A stretch of 39,286 nucleotides of DNA from a virus. The position numbers were made by a program, and so were the translations under genes. This document shows positions 25,949 to 34,599 of this stretch, piece after piece (the stretch's first letter is position 1; each line of letters starts with the position of its first letter). The stretch spans positions 1-39,286 of IMG/VR virus record IMGVR_UViG_3300027653_000004. One strand, 5' to 3'. The notes below the pieces were generated by a model. It saw only the letters and a program-made list of their open reading frames with translations. It was not told the DNA's origin and ran no database searches.

Positions 25949-25973
25949 TAGTCTAGCACGTCATGCTAGACTA
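25949..25973. promoter_or_regulatory. Perfect palindrome TAGTCTAGCA-cgtca-TGCTAGACTA (candidate operator)
   Basis: 10-bp arms at 25949-25958 and 25964-25973. It overlaps the polymerase stop codon and lies 25 nt upstream of the nuclease ATG. It contains the TCTAGCAC box. Confidence 0.6.
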
Positions 25974-28373
25974 GTCAAGCACTTTTTCGTAAATCCCCCA
26001 CTTTTTCCCGATAGCAACCTCGGCACCTAGCGGGAGAGGGAACGTATAGCTAAAGTATTTGGACACCCACGCCGGAACGTGACGCTCCATTATCTGCTGA
26101 ACAATGATAGCAACCTCATCCGACGCTTCGCTGGCGCACTCCACAAGGATAGAGTCGTGGACTTGCCCCACGATGTTCGCTTGCAAGCGTGGACGCTTGC
26201 TCACAGCTTCGTGAATGAGGATCATCGCTGTCAACGTAAAGTCGCTAGCTGTAGCTTGCACAGGGGAATTAATCCCCTGTCTCACCGCTTCATACGAAAG
26301 ATAATTGTCTGCACTGTTCACGTCCGGTAAGTGCCTCACCCGGCCAAGGGGAGAAATAACATACCCGTGTCGTCGGACGAATTGCTCCATCTCCCGGTGC
26401 CATGCGGACAGCCCGGAGTACGAACGAAAAAAAGCGTTGCGAATTTCTGTGGCCTCGTCCAGTGTAAATACCATGTCGTAATCCCCGAAAGCATAGTTGA
26501 CGAATGTCCTCGCTCCCATACCGTAAAGGAACCCAAAATTAACCGCCTTTGCCCTCTCTCGGTCTTCGTGCGTAATCTCGTCCAATGATTTCCCCGTGAC
26601 CACAGAGGCGGTGAGCCTATGTAAATCCTCTCCGGTGTGGTAAGCCTGTACCATTCTCTCCTCGTTAGCGAGAGCGGCCGCAACCCTCAATTCAATCTGC
26701 GAGTAGTCGGCCACGATAAGCGTACGCCCCTCGGGGGCACCGATTACCGTTCGGATCTCCCCGTCACGAGGCACTTGATGGAGAGACATTCCCTTACGCC
26801 CCCCGAATGTGGGCATGTTGGTGCAAGACAAACGGCCCGTGACCGTGCCCGTTAAGTTGTACGAAGAACGAAGCCTGCTGGCGGAGGTGAGCTGTTCCCC
26901 CCACGGTCGCAGGTATGATCCCAACCATTTTTGGTGCTTACGAAACTCGAACACCATGCCCACAAACTCAGGGGCGTGTTGACGCAGTCGTTTCAAAGAG
27001 GCTTCATTTGTGGACGGAGCCCCTCCCGGAGTGTAGTCAATTACCGGGAGCATGAGCCTGTTGAATAGCACGTCTCCTAGCCATTGAGAGCTTCCAAGTT
27101 TTATCTCCTCCTCGGGGTCAGCGTTGATAAGCTCCCCGGCCCGTGTTGTGGTTTCTTCCATCGTCGTCTCACTAATAAGGATGGCTTCTTCGAGGGCTTT
27201 CTTGTCCACATACACCCCCGCCGCCTCGCTGTGGGAAAGCACGCCCCCCACTCTCAGCATGAAGTGGTGCAGGCGACGTTGGGAGGGCTCCAGCTTCGCC
27301 CACATCGCTTCGGCCAGTTGGTACTCAATTACAACGTCAAGGGCCGCATACGTTGTTAGATCATTTTCCGGAGGGTACGGAATGTCCTCGCCTTTCAGGA
27401 CAGCTTGTTCGATAGCGTTGAAGTGTTTCGACATGACGTTGCCCCATGAGGGGACACCGAGGTATCGAGCGGCAACAGATTCTACCGCTTTCGGTGCGTT
27501 TTCGTCTAACAAATGGGCCATAAGGATCGTGTCCCGCTTCAACGCTGGGGCCGTCAACGCCCAATGGTCCAACCAACGATTATCGAAACGCCCGTTGTGG
27601 GCTATCCACTGTTTGTTAAGCGAGTGGAGTTTGTGAAGCTCCCCCTCCATTGCCGTCCTACGCCCGGTGCGTCCGGGGTGTCCGAGCAAAACCACGAAGG
27701 CTTTCTCCGGCGATGCCGCATACGCAACGCACATGATGTCGGCCTTCTCGTGCTGTTCGTCCAGCCCGATCGTTTCGATGTCGTAAGCTATGGCCTCTGC
27801 CTGTGCCAACTCCGCAACCATCCGCTTCGTTTCCTCTATTGTTTTGACGACGACGATTTCCGGCTCCGGGAGTTGAGGGGCTTTCCCCTGCACGAGTAAA
27901 GAAAAGCCTTCAATATAGCGTGACACTTCTTCGGCCATCGCCGCCGACCGCAGGGCCATCCCCGGAGGCATACACGAGTAGATCGTCAGGCCCCGGTGGG
28001 TGTGGGCTACGCCGTAAGAATCTCGGACGGCACCCTCGCCGCCGAGTGCCCGGAACACGGACGCTCCAAAGGCCAGCACATACTTACACCCAACATCCAA
28101 CAGGTATTCTAGCTCAGCCTCAATGAAGGGCAGGGCTTCGTTAATCTGTCGTTGTCGGGGGTTACTCTCCACGTTCTTAACGATACTCGTTACGTGAGCA
28201 TCTTCCCATTGTAGGCCGTGGTTCTTTAGCAACCGCCACAACCTACTCCCGCTTGCATCCGCCAAAGACATAGGGGTATCAGAGACGATAGCGAACAAAG
28301 GCCGCTCGGGGGACTGTGGAGGAATGCAAGGGTCTCCTTCATGCTCAATTAGGCACAAATCGCAATAGGTCAT
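25971..28373 (-). CDS. Family A DNA polymerase with 3'-5' exonuclease and N-terminal UDG-family-4-like domain
   Basis: Start at ATG 28373, in an ATGA overlap with the upstream gene. Exo motifs are AYDIETIGL, HNGRFDNRW and YAALDV. Pol motif A is DYSQIELRVAA, motif B is RERAKAVNFGFLYGMG and motif C is QVHDSILVE. The N-terminal ~190 aa begin CDLC..C and have a UDG-like layout. Confidence 0.95.
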   Translation of the reverse strand: MTYCDLCLIEHEGDPCIPPQSPERPLFAIVSDTPMSLADASGSRLWRLLKNHGLQWEDAHVTSIVKNVESNPRQRQINEALPFIEAELEYLLDVGCKYVLAFGASVFRALGGEGAVRDSYGVAHTHRGLTIYSCMPPGMALRSAAMAEEVSRYIEGFSLLVQGKAPQLPEPEIVVVKTIEETKRMVAELAQAEAIAYDIETIGLDEQHEKADIMCVAYAASPEKAFVVLLGHPGRTGRRTAMEGELHKLHSLNKQWIAHNGRFDNRWLDHWALTAPALKRDTILMAHLLDENAPKAVESVAARYLGVPSWGNVMSKHFNAIEQAVLKGEDIPYPPENDLTTYAALDVVIEYQLAEAMWAKLEPSQRRLHHFMLRVGGVLSHSEAAGVYVDKKALEEAILISETTMEETTTRAGELINADPEEEIKLGSSQWLGDVLFNRLMLPVIDYTPGGAPSTNEASLKRLRQHAPEFVGMVFEFRKHQKWLGSYLRPWGEQLTSASRLRSSYNLTGTVTGRLSCTNMPTFGGRKGMSLHQVPRDGEIRTVIGAPEGRTLIVADYSQIELRVAAALANEERMVQAYHTGEDLHRLTASVVTGKSLDEITHEDRERAKAVNFGFLYGMGARTFVNYAFGDYDMVFTLDEATEIRNAFFRSYSGLSAWHREMEQFVRRHGYVISPLGRVRHLPDVNSADNYLSYEAVRQGINSPVQATASDFTLTAMILIHEAVSKRPRLQANIVGQVHDSILVECASEASDEVAIIVQQIMERHVPAWVSKYFSYTFPLPLGAEVAIGKKWGIYEKVLD

Positions 28374-28555
28374 GTTGTCACCTTTGCCCGTCGCTCCAGC
28401 CGAGCAACAACTTTTTTCGCACACGGCTTGCACATGTAAAAATACCTGTACCCCCGTACAAGAAAGCCCTTTCGTGACACCCTCACAACGTCAGGCGTTG
28501 GCTTCCACTTCTCACATATGGGACATCTACTCCATGTTCGTTCCTCTTTGGACAC
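28370..28555 (-). CDS. Small zinc-ribbon protein
   Basis: GTG start 8 nt after AGGAGG. The cysteine pairs are CPICEKW...CKPCAKK. Confidence 0.6.
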   Translation of the reverse strand: MSKEERTWSRCPICEKWKPTPDVVRVSRKGFLVRGYRYFYMCKPCAKKVVARLERRAKVTT

Positions 28556-28832
28556 GGTACAAGCCTCCTTGTAGCTCGAATTTAATTAACAAAGCAGGAT
28601 GGGTGTCTAGCCACGTCGTTTTAAGCGCAGGGATGGAAGCAGAACGTAAAGCATCATGCATTTTACGTCGGTCTTCGAGAGGGGAGCAATCCTTCCCGCC
28701 CTCAAAATACACCCACAGAAGTTTTGTTCGGCGGCCTTTCTCGTATCGAACATAGGTTTGATAGCCTCCGTCTCCTGTGTTGTGGGGAATGCCTAGTTTT
28801 TGTGCAAGCCTATGCACTCTCGGCCCCTGCAC
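28527..28832 (-). CDS. Hypothetical protein
   Basis: GTG start 7 nt after GAGGAGG. 101 aa. It overlaps both neighbours by 23-29 nt. Confidence 0.5.
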   Translation of the reverse strand: MQGPRVHRLAQKLGIPHNTGDGGYQTYVRYEKGRRTKLLWVYFEGGKDCSPLEDRRKMHDALRSASIPALKTTWLDTHPALLIKFELQGGLYRVQRGTNME

Positions 28833-30240
28833 TTTGCATCCTCCTCACAAAATAGCCAAGGGCTTCTTGCGTGGCCATTTTATTTTGAACCACGTGATAC
28901 TTGTCCTCGTCCACCGTTCCTTTTGCGAGAAGGTGGATGTAGTGGCATGTGTGCTTCTGTCCGGGCCGAGCTATGCGTCCTCGTGTCTGCTCGTACACGT
29001 CCGCTTTCCAGTCGAACGAGTAGTAGATGGCGATACTGGCCGCTGTGAGCGTGACCCCTACCCCGAGAGCGGCTATTTGACACACAAGTACCTGTGGATT
29101 GTCTTCGGTCTGAAACGCTTTAATAGCGTCCGTCCGTTTGCGTCCGGTCACGTCCCCCGTAATGACGGTGTGAGAGATTTTGAGCCTATCAAGTAGATTG
29201 CCAATGGCATCGATCTCATCCCGGAATAACGCCCACACGATAACCTTCTGGCCTTCCATGCTCTCTAGCAAGCTACTTAACACCTTGAGTTTTGCTTGTT
29301 CCCCCACGGGCTCTCCGTCAAGGAAGCCCCCGGTGATCTGGCCGAGCCTTAGTTGCATCGTCAGTGCGCTTGTGGCAAGCGTTTCCCGGCCACTGGACAT
29401 CGTGACGACCATATCCTCCTGCATCGTGTCATACACCCGTTGCGAACGAGCATCGAGAGTGACGGGTACGACTTGATCTATCTCCGGGGGCAGGTTCAGG
29501 ATGTCTTTCTTTTGCCGGAGCGTGACCCTCGCCAGTCTCCGGGCAAGTTCCTTCCGGTTTTTGTATCCCTTGATCTCCCGGCCCATGAAGCCCCCCATGA
29601 CGCAAAACTGAGAACGAAATTCGGAGATGGTCGGGGGCAATACGGTTGGATCGACCATCTTAATTTGATAGTACAGGTCGATGTACCCGTTCGGGGCGGG
29701 GGTAGCCGACAGGCACACAACGTACGGTGCCTGTCTTGCCATATACATTGCTCGTTTCGTACGTGTAGATGAGTAGGTTTTCAGGTAATGCGATTCGTCA
29801 AAGACAATCATGTGCGGGTCAAACTGTTGGGACAAAAACTTTGCGTAGCTTTGCAGAGCATTATAGGTAACGATTACCCATTGCGGCCCCGGCTGTTTTT
29901 TGAGTTCATGCACAGCCCCTTGTACCTCGGATAATCGTTTCCAGTCATTTCGAGAAGCCACCGAGGAGACCGGAAGCTGTTTCTTAACCTCCTGCTCCCA
30001 CACCCCCACCGCCGCCAACGGACACACGACAAGAATACGGTCTACCTGTCCGGCCAGGTGCCTAGCGAAGGCGTAGTCGCAAACGGTTTTCGTTTTCCCA
30101 ATGCCTGTATCCCACCAAAGCAAGGCAGATCCCATGCGCCAGAGGCGTTTGATCCCTCTCGCTTGGTGATCCCACGGACGTATTAAAGGACGGTAACGAG
30201 TGCGTTGTTTTGCGATCTCCAGTTCCCTCCAATGTCCCAT
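28810..30240 (-). CDS. SNF2-family helicase/ATPase
   Basis: Motif I is WDTGIGKT, motif II is VFDESHYLK and motif VI is QTRGRIARPGQK. It is the first gene of the leftward replication operon. Confidence 0.9.
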   Translation of the reverse strand: MGHWRELEIAKQRTRYRPLIRPWDHQARGIKRLWRMGSALLWWDTGIGKTKTVCDYAFARHLAGQVDRILVVCPLAAVGVWEQEVKKQLPVSSVASRNDWKRLSEVQGAVHELKKQPGPQWVIVTYNALQSYAKFLSQQFDPHMIVFDESHYLKTYSSTRTKRAMYMARQAPYVVCLSATPAPNGYIDLYYQIKMVDPTVLPPTISEFRSQFCVMGGFMGREIKGYKNRKELARRLARVTLRQKKDILNLPPEIDQVVPVTLDARSQRVYDTMQEDMVVTMSSGRETLATSALTMQLRLGQITGGFLDGEPVGEQAKLKVLSSLLESMEGQKVIVWALFRDEIDAIGNLLDRLKISHTVITGDVTGRKRTDAIKAFQTEDNPQVLVCQIAALGVGVTLTAASIAIYYSFDWKADVYEQTRGRIARPGQKHTCHYIHLLAKGTVDEDKYHVVQNKMATQEALGYFVRRMQSAGAESA

Positions 30241-30260
30241 CCTCTATCATTGACTCACAT

Positions 30261-30288
30261 TCTATACCAAAACCTTGCAATATGTCCA
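30261..30288 (-). promoter_or_regulatory. Leftward promoter of the replication operon
   Basis: On the minus strand, TGGACA (30288-30283), 16 nt, then TATAGA (30266-30261). The ATG at 30240 is preceded by AGAGG. Confidence 0.5.
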
Positions 30289-30303
30289 GCGAAATCCTAT
30301 ACT
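30275..30303 (+). promoter_or_regulatory. Rightward promoter of the HTH/primase operon, overlapping the leftward one
   Basis: TTGCAA (30275-30280), 17 nt, then TATACT (30298-30303). The RBS AGGAGG at 30311 and the ATG at 30324 follow. Confidence 0.6.
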
Positions 30304-30323
30304 ATCTTTCAGGAGGTGGCAAA

Positions 30324-30569
30324 ATGATCCAACGAAAAATCATCTCGGTTGCCTTGACAGATGCCGCAACACGGCTCAGGGTGGGCCGTACCACGCTTTA
30401 TAGGTGGCTGGCCGACGACCGGATAGCGGCTGTTAAAGATCAAGGAAACTGGAAGATCTTCTTGCTTCAAATTAAAAGCGAATCGGAAGTTTCATACTTC
30501 ACTCTGCCCCACTCCGCTCTCCCTGACCTCATGGGAGAGCATCATGACATGCTAATCAAGGAGGGATAG
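30324..30569 (+). CDS. Excisionase/MerR-type HTH DNA-binding protein
   Basis: I place the start at ATG 30324, after AGGAGGTGG. LTDAATRLRVGRTTLYRWLADDRIAAVK is an HTH_17-like motif. The ORF track's upstream extension to 30210 overlaps the SNF2 start and the promoters. Confidence 0.7.
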   Translation: MIQRKIISVALTDAATRLRVGRTTLYRWLADDRIAAVKDQGNWKIFLLQIKSESEVSYFTLPHSALPDLMGEHHDMLIKEG

Positions 30570-30571
30570 CT

Positions 30572-32860
30572 TTGCTCCCACGACACATGCGGGTTCCCGC
30601 CGCCGTGTGGGGCAAGACGAGGGGATGGGTGAACGTCCCGTCGCTAAACTCCTCCGGCCAATGGATTGAACGGTGGTACGAGTGGCCCCAAGATGCTAAC
30701 CTCATAGCTGAGCACATCCTCCAGACAAACACGAGCAATGATGTGTACTGGTCCCCGCTTGTGTTCAAAACCCCTTCTCGGTTGACGGCAAAGGACTGCC
30801 TCTCCCGGTGGGCGTGGGCTGATCTTGACGGTGCTGAGGATGTGAAAACGCTAGACCCTCAACCATCTATCGTATGGGAATCTAGTCCCGGCAACATGCA
30901 GGGGCTTTATTTGTTAGATAATTCATACGACATGGACACTATAGAATCCTTCAACAAACGTATAGCATCATCGTCGGATGCCGACCCTTCCGGATGGGAC
31001 GCTGGGCAGGTTTTACGCTGGCCGGGAACGGTTAACTTCAAGTACGACGACAGGCCAAGAGGAAAAATCCTCCGGGCCTCTACGAAGATCCGCTATACCA
31101 AAACCGATCTTGAAGCGTACGAACTGCCGGAGGAGCCGGAGCCTGTGAATGTGGACCCCGGGTCGCTAACACATGAGGAAGCAATGGAAAAGTATGACGA
31201 CCTCATACCCCTTGAAGCATGGCCTCTCCTAGATCCCACAGCAGAGGTAGTACGAGGCAAGCGGTCGGTCACTTTATGGTCCCTCATTCGGTCGCTAGTT
31301 GAAGCTGGCATTCCCGCCGATGGAGTATACGCTATCGCCCAAGGAAGTCCATGGAATAAGTTCGCCGGCCGCAGGGACGAGAAGCGGCGTCTCACCGCCG
31401 AGGTAGAAAAAGCGTTCTCCGTTTACGCCCCGGAAATTGTAGAAGACGAGGAACCAATTGCCTTACAGGTAATTGAATCCGACCCCGAACCCTACAATGA
31501 ACCGGAACCGTACACCTACGACTTTTTACCCGAAGGATGGCTTGCTCAATATATGCGTGTGGGACGGGAATACTCCCCAGATTCCCCGGAGAAGTTTTTG
31601 CTCGCTGGAGGCATTGCTTTGCTTACGATCGCGGCGGGTCAAATGCTTGTGGCGAACCCTACAATCCGTCGAAACGTACATCCGGCCTTATACCTCATGA
31701 TCGTCGGTCCCACCCGGAGCGGTAAAACGAGGGCCATTCGTTTCGCTACAGAAATTCTTGAGAAGTCGGGCATCCCATGCCGTAAGCTGGACGAGTTTTC
31801 GCAGGAAGGTTTCCTTAAAGCAATGGAAAACGCCCCCGGCAATCAAGTGCTGTGGGAAGCGGAAGAATTGTCGCAGGTAATGAAGCAGGCCGCTCGTCGC
31901 AACAGCTACATGAGCACGGTGCCGGAGATGCTTCTGCGTTTGCACGACCGCTCCACAGCCGGAGGGGAGTATGTCCGGGAGTTGGCCCGTACGCCTGTGC
32001 GAATCGCCTCACCTCACTTGACGATTCTCGGAGCGACGACTGAGGAAAACTACTTGCAATCTTTCGGGACGGACAGTATGCACACAGGCTTGCTCCCCCG
32101 GTGGATTCAATTTTACGACCCGGCTCCTCCGTTGCCGCAGTACGGGAGGTCGAGCGTAAACCTCGAAGATGATGTTTTGGCCGTGGCCCGTGGACTATCC
32201 GATCTGCGTACGCTGTTGCAACAGGCTCCGCAAAAATCGTGGGAAGTCCGGGCTGGCAGGCGTGTGACGACACGATGGACTAATACCGTCGAAGCAGACT
32301 TAACTGCCGAGGCGTATGGAAGGTGGGTGGAGTGGATGAAAGCAAACGACAGAGAGGGAAGGGATAACCCCGTCTTAGCCCCGATCCTCTCCGAAGCAGG
32401 ACAAAGTGCTCTTAAGTTAGGAATGCTTTTGGCCTTGTCCCGTAGACCAGAAGTGTTGCTGGGAGGGATCACTGTCACCGGGGAAGACATTGAAGCGGCC
32501 TTAAAAATCATTGAAGATGAACGTAATGCTAACACCCCCCTCTATAATATGCTCGGACAGGGAGACTGGGAGCGAACGTTGCAACGGGTTAATGACTTCA
32601 TCCGGGAAAAGAAGAAGACGAGCCGTGTGGAAGTGCAACAAGCCCTTGGCTACTATGTACAAACAGCCCGGAACATGGATGAAATTGAACGGACATTACA
32701 AGACCGAGGTCTCATTGAAGTCGTAATGGAGAGACGAGGCCGGGGTAGACCGCGGAAGGTTTACAAGACAACATTCCGGGGCAAGACGAAGGCCCACCGG
32801 GAAACGAGGGAGCGGTACAACCGGGAACGGAGAGAGGCACGAGCAAAAGGAGAGGGTTAA
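30572..32860 (+). CDS. Primase-helicase (N-terminal primase-like domain plus DUF3987/D5-type P-loop helicase)
   Basis: TTG start. 762 aa. The N-terminal third has VYWSPLVF...WADLDG. The Walker A is MIVGPTRSGKT, followed by a long C-terminal domain with a basic tail. Confidence 0.7.
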   Translation: MLPRHMRVPAAVWGKTRGWVNVPSLNSSGQWIERWYEWPQDANLIAEHILQTNTSNDVYWSPLVFKTPSRLTAKDCLSRWAWADLDGAEDVKTLDPQPSIVWESSPGNMQGLYLLDNSYDMDTIESFNKRIASSSDADPSGWDAGQVLRWPGTVNFKYDDRPRGKILRASTKIRYTKTDLEAYELPEEPEPVNVDPGSLTHEEAMEKYDDLIPLEAWPLLDPTAEVVRGKRSVTLWSLIRSLVEAGIPADGVYAIAQGSPWNKFAGRRDEKRRLTAEVEKAFSVYAPEIVEDEEPIALQVIESDPEPYNEPEPYTYDFLPEGWLAQYMRVGREYSPDSPEKFLLAGGIALLTIAAGQMLVANPTIRRNVHPALYLMIVGPTRSGKTRAIRFATEILEKSGIPCRKLDEFSQEGFLKAMENAPGNQVLWEAEELSQVMKQAARRNSYMSTVPEMLLRLHDRSTAGGEYVRELARTPVRIASPHLTILGATTEENYLQSFGTDSMHTGLLPRWIQFYDPAPPLPQYGRSSVNLEDDVLAVARGLSDLRTLLQQAPQKSWEVRAGRRVTTRWTNTVEADLTAEAYGRWVEWMKANDREGRDNPVLAPILSEAGQSALKLGMLLALSRRPEVLLGGITVTGEDIEAALKIIEDERNANTPLYNMLGQGDWERTLQRVNDFIREKKKTSRVEVQQALGYYVQTARNMDEIERTLQDRGLIEVVMERRGRGRPRKVYKTTFRGKTKAHRETRERYNRERREARAKGEG

Positions 32861-32869
32861 GCCCTCTCC
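32849..32869. terminator. Hairpin centred on overlapping convergent stop codons
   Basis: GGAGAGGG-ttaag-CCCTCTCC. On the minus strand it is followed by TTTTGCTCG, so it is a plausible terminator for leftward transcripts. It is weaker rightward. Confidence 0.5.
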
Positions 32870-33099
32870 TTCATCCGTTCGAGCATGTTGCGAAGTCGGG
32901 CATTAACCTTGCTCATCGTCTGGACGTTTTCGATCTTCTCGTCTAGAAGTTGTTGTCGCAGTTCGGCGTTTTCTTCTTGCAAGGCTTGCCGTTCAATCTG
33001 TAACTGGTGAATTTGACGGAGAAGGCAAAGCCTCCCGTCTACGATGTGGACTTCGGCATCCTGCCTGTAAGGATAGTGGCACTTGGAACACTCAGTCAC
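32857..33099 (-). CDS. Zinc-ribbon plus coiled-coil protein
   Basis: I place the start at GTG 33099, 8 nt after AAAGGGG. The ORF track starts at GTG 33135, which has no RBS. The protein has CSKCHY... and then a heptad-rich QLQIERQALQEENAELRQQLL. Confidence 0.55.
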   Translation of the reverse strand: MTECSKCHYPYRQDAEVHIVDGRLCLLRQIHQLQIERQALQEENAELRQQLLDEKIENVQTMSKVNARLRNMLERMKERA

Positions 33100-33262
33100 G
33101 GTTGCCGCCCCTTTCGCCGCCGTTGTTAGCCACACACTTCGGACAGGTCATCGTCGGCAGTCCGTCCGGGCTGTGGTATCCGGGGGGAGATACCAACGGC
33201 TCCCCTTCACTCTCTAGCCGTTCCTTCCCGCAGTTATCGCAACGGTAAGATGCTTCGACCAT
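33092..33262 (-). CDS. FmdB-like zinc-ribbon protein (56 aa, below the ORF-track cut-off)
   Basis: Hand translation gives MVEASYRCDNCGKERLESEGEPLVSPPGYHSPDGLPTMTCPKCVANNGGERGGNRD. GGAGGGG lies 8 nt upstream of the ATG at 33262. The start is 4 nt after the upstream gene's stop. Confidence 0.6.
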   Translation of the reverse strand: MVEASYRCDNCGKERLESEGEPLVSPPGYHSPDGLPTMTCPKCVANNGGERGGNRD

Positions 33263-33265
33263 CCT

Positions 33266-33508
33266 CTACCCCTCCACTTTCTCCCGCAAATACCCAAGCT
33301 CACGGCCAAGATGTTCCACTTCGGATCGCAGATCGGTTAGCTGGAATTGGAGGCACCGATCCCTACCCCGAACGTGATCCTTTTTCCGTCCACAGTCCGG
33401 GCAAGCGCACCCGCACAGCACATAAAAGTTCGCAGGCCCCGCCTCGGGGTGTGGCACCCTTCGTTTCGGGTAGTTACATTCCGGGCATGAACCCCACCCG
33501 TGAGACAT
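33266..33508 (-). CDS. Zinc-ribbon plus coiled-coil protein
   Basis: CPECNY...CGCACPDCG followed by a helical LTDLRSEVEHLGRELGYLREKV. Confidence 0.55.
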   Translation of the reverse strand: MSHGWGSCPECNYPKRRVPHPEAGPANFYVLCGCACPDCGRKKDHVRGRDRCLQFQLTDLRSEVEHLGRELGYLREKVEG

Positions 33509-33529
33509 CGTCTACCTCTCCCTTCCGCT

Positions 33530-33952
33530 TTAGCCCACGCTAGGCTTTCGGTTTCTGCCGTCGATTATGATTCGTAGTTCCCCAAAAGGTGTGTTCATGG
33601 TTCTTAATCTCCCGCTCTGTTCCGCAAAGACCAGATGCTTTTTAGCGTGCTCCTGCAAGCGGTGGAAATCTTCATGCCCTAGCCGTAGAGAGGTAGGCAA
33701 TTGGGCTGTTAATGTGTAATGTTGGTCACACTTTTCTAGGACATCTAAATACAAGTCGGGTGCGTACTTGTAATGTACGTCTGTGCCCCGGTATTTGATA
33801 GCGCACTCTGCGTGTTGAAGCAACCACCGTCCGGGGTGGACAGCGTTAGGCCACTTCTTACGCTGGTCCCTTCCCACACGTTCAAAGTGGCCTGCTCGTG
33901 CTTCAACAAAATTGCCACACCGATAACAGATGCCGGGGAATTTGTTCCGCAA
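33530..33952 (-). CDS. Hypothetical protein with N-terminal CxxC motif
   Basis: 140 aa with ICYRCGNFVEARAGHFER...WLLQHAEC. It starts 3 nt after the upstream RHH gene. Confidence 0.55.
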   Translation of the reverse strand: MRNKFPGICYRCGNFVEARAGHFERVGRDQRKKWPNAVHPGRWLLQHAECAIKYRGTDVHYKYAPDLYLDVLEKCDQHYTLTAQLPTSLRLGHEDFHRLQEHAKKHLVFAEQSGRLRTMNTPFGELRIIIDGRNRKPSVG

Positions 33953-33955
33953 CGT

Positions 33956-34153
33956 CTACCCCTCCCTCGCCTGCTCCAACCGCTTCCGAAAACCGTCCAC
34001 CTGCTCCTCCGGCAGATCCTCCAACCGTCGAGCGGCAGGCAGGATCAACGCCGCACCCAACGCCGACTCACTCATGCCCATCTTGAAGGCGATGCTTTTG
34101 AACAGCTTCTTTTCCTCACTGTCAACGTAGATAAAAATTTGGTCTCGTGCCAT
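33956..34153 (-). CDS. Ribbon-helix-helix DNA-binding protein
   Basis: 65 aa. IFIYVDSEEKKLFKSIAFKMGMSESALGAALI fits the strand-helixA-G-x-S-helixB pattern. Confidence 0.65.
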   Translation of the reverse strand: MARDQIFIYVDSEEKKLFKSIAFKMGMSESALGAALILPAARRLEDLPEEQVDGFRKRLEQAREG

Positions 34154-34156
34154 TGT

Positions 34157-34261
34157 TTATCGTCCCTTTCCGAACAAGATATAGATCAGTGCTAACAGTC
34201 CGTACACGACAGCCCACCCGGTTATCGTAGCAATTAGCTGAGTTATCTTGTCCCCCTTCAA
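34157..34261 (-). CDS. Possible 34-aa membrane peptide
   Basis: A TTG-initiated ORF, LKGDKITQLIATITGWAVVYGLLALIYILFGKGR, that exactly fills the gap between the LysM gene and the RHH gene. Its stop is 3 nt before the next ATG. No clear RBS. Confidence 0.3.
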   Translation of the reverse strand: MKGDKITQLIATITGWAVVYGLLALIYILFGKGR

Positions 34262-34263
34262 CC

Positions 34264-34599
34264 CTATTTCACGTCCTCAAAACGAGGGAGGATCACCGTG
34301 TCGTCATATGCTCTTAGCCGTCCCGGATCTAGGTCGGGATTAAGTCTCGTGATAGCGTCCACAATTTTTCTTACGTCGTACTTTTTCGTGTCGTAATATT
34401 CTTGTGCCAGCTTCCAGTAGCTATCCCCCGGTCGTACCGTGACTGAAATCGGAGGGGGTAGCTCCCCCTCCACTATGGAAACCTGATCCTTTTCCTTTAT
34501 GTCAATCCCAAAGAAGACTCCATGTACCCACACCGAGGGGGCAAAAAAAGCAGAAACCGTAAGCAGAAGAAAAGGAATTACTTGTACTCTTTTTCGCAT
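34264..34599 (-). CDS. Secreted LysM-domain protein
   Basis: It has a signal-peptide-like N-terminus (MRKRVQVIPFLLLTVSAFFAPSVWV). VRPGDSYWKLAQEYY...ITRLNPDLDP..L...DTVILP matches the LysM consensus. RBS is GGAGG. Confidence 0.8.
   Translation of the reverse strand: MRKRVQVIPFLLLTVSAFFAPSVWVHGVFFGIDIKEKDQVSIVEGELPPPISVTVRPGDSYWKLAQEYYDTKKYDVRKIVDAITRLNPDLDPGRLRAYDDTVILPRFEDVK

Noticed and set aside
30210-30323. Upstream extension of the HTH ORF (30210..30569)
   Set aside because: It would overlap the SNF2 start codon and both promoters. The ATG at 30324 has a strong AGGAGG RBS.
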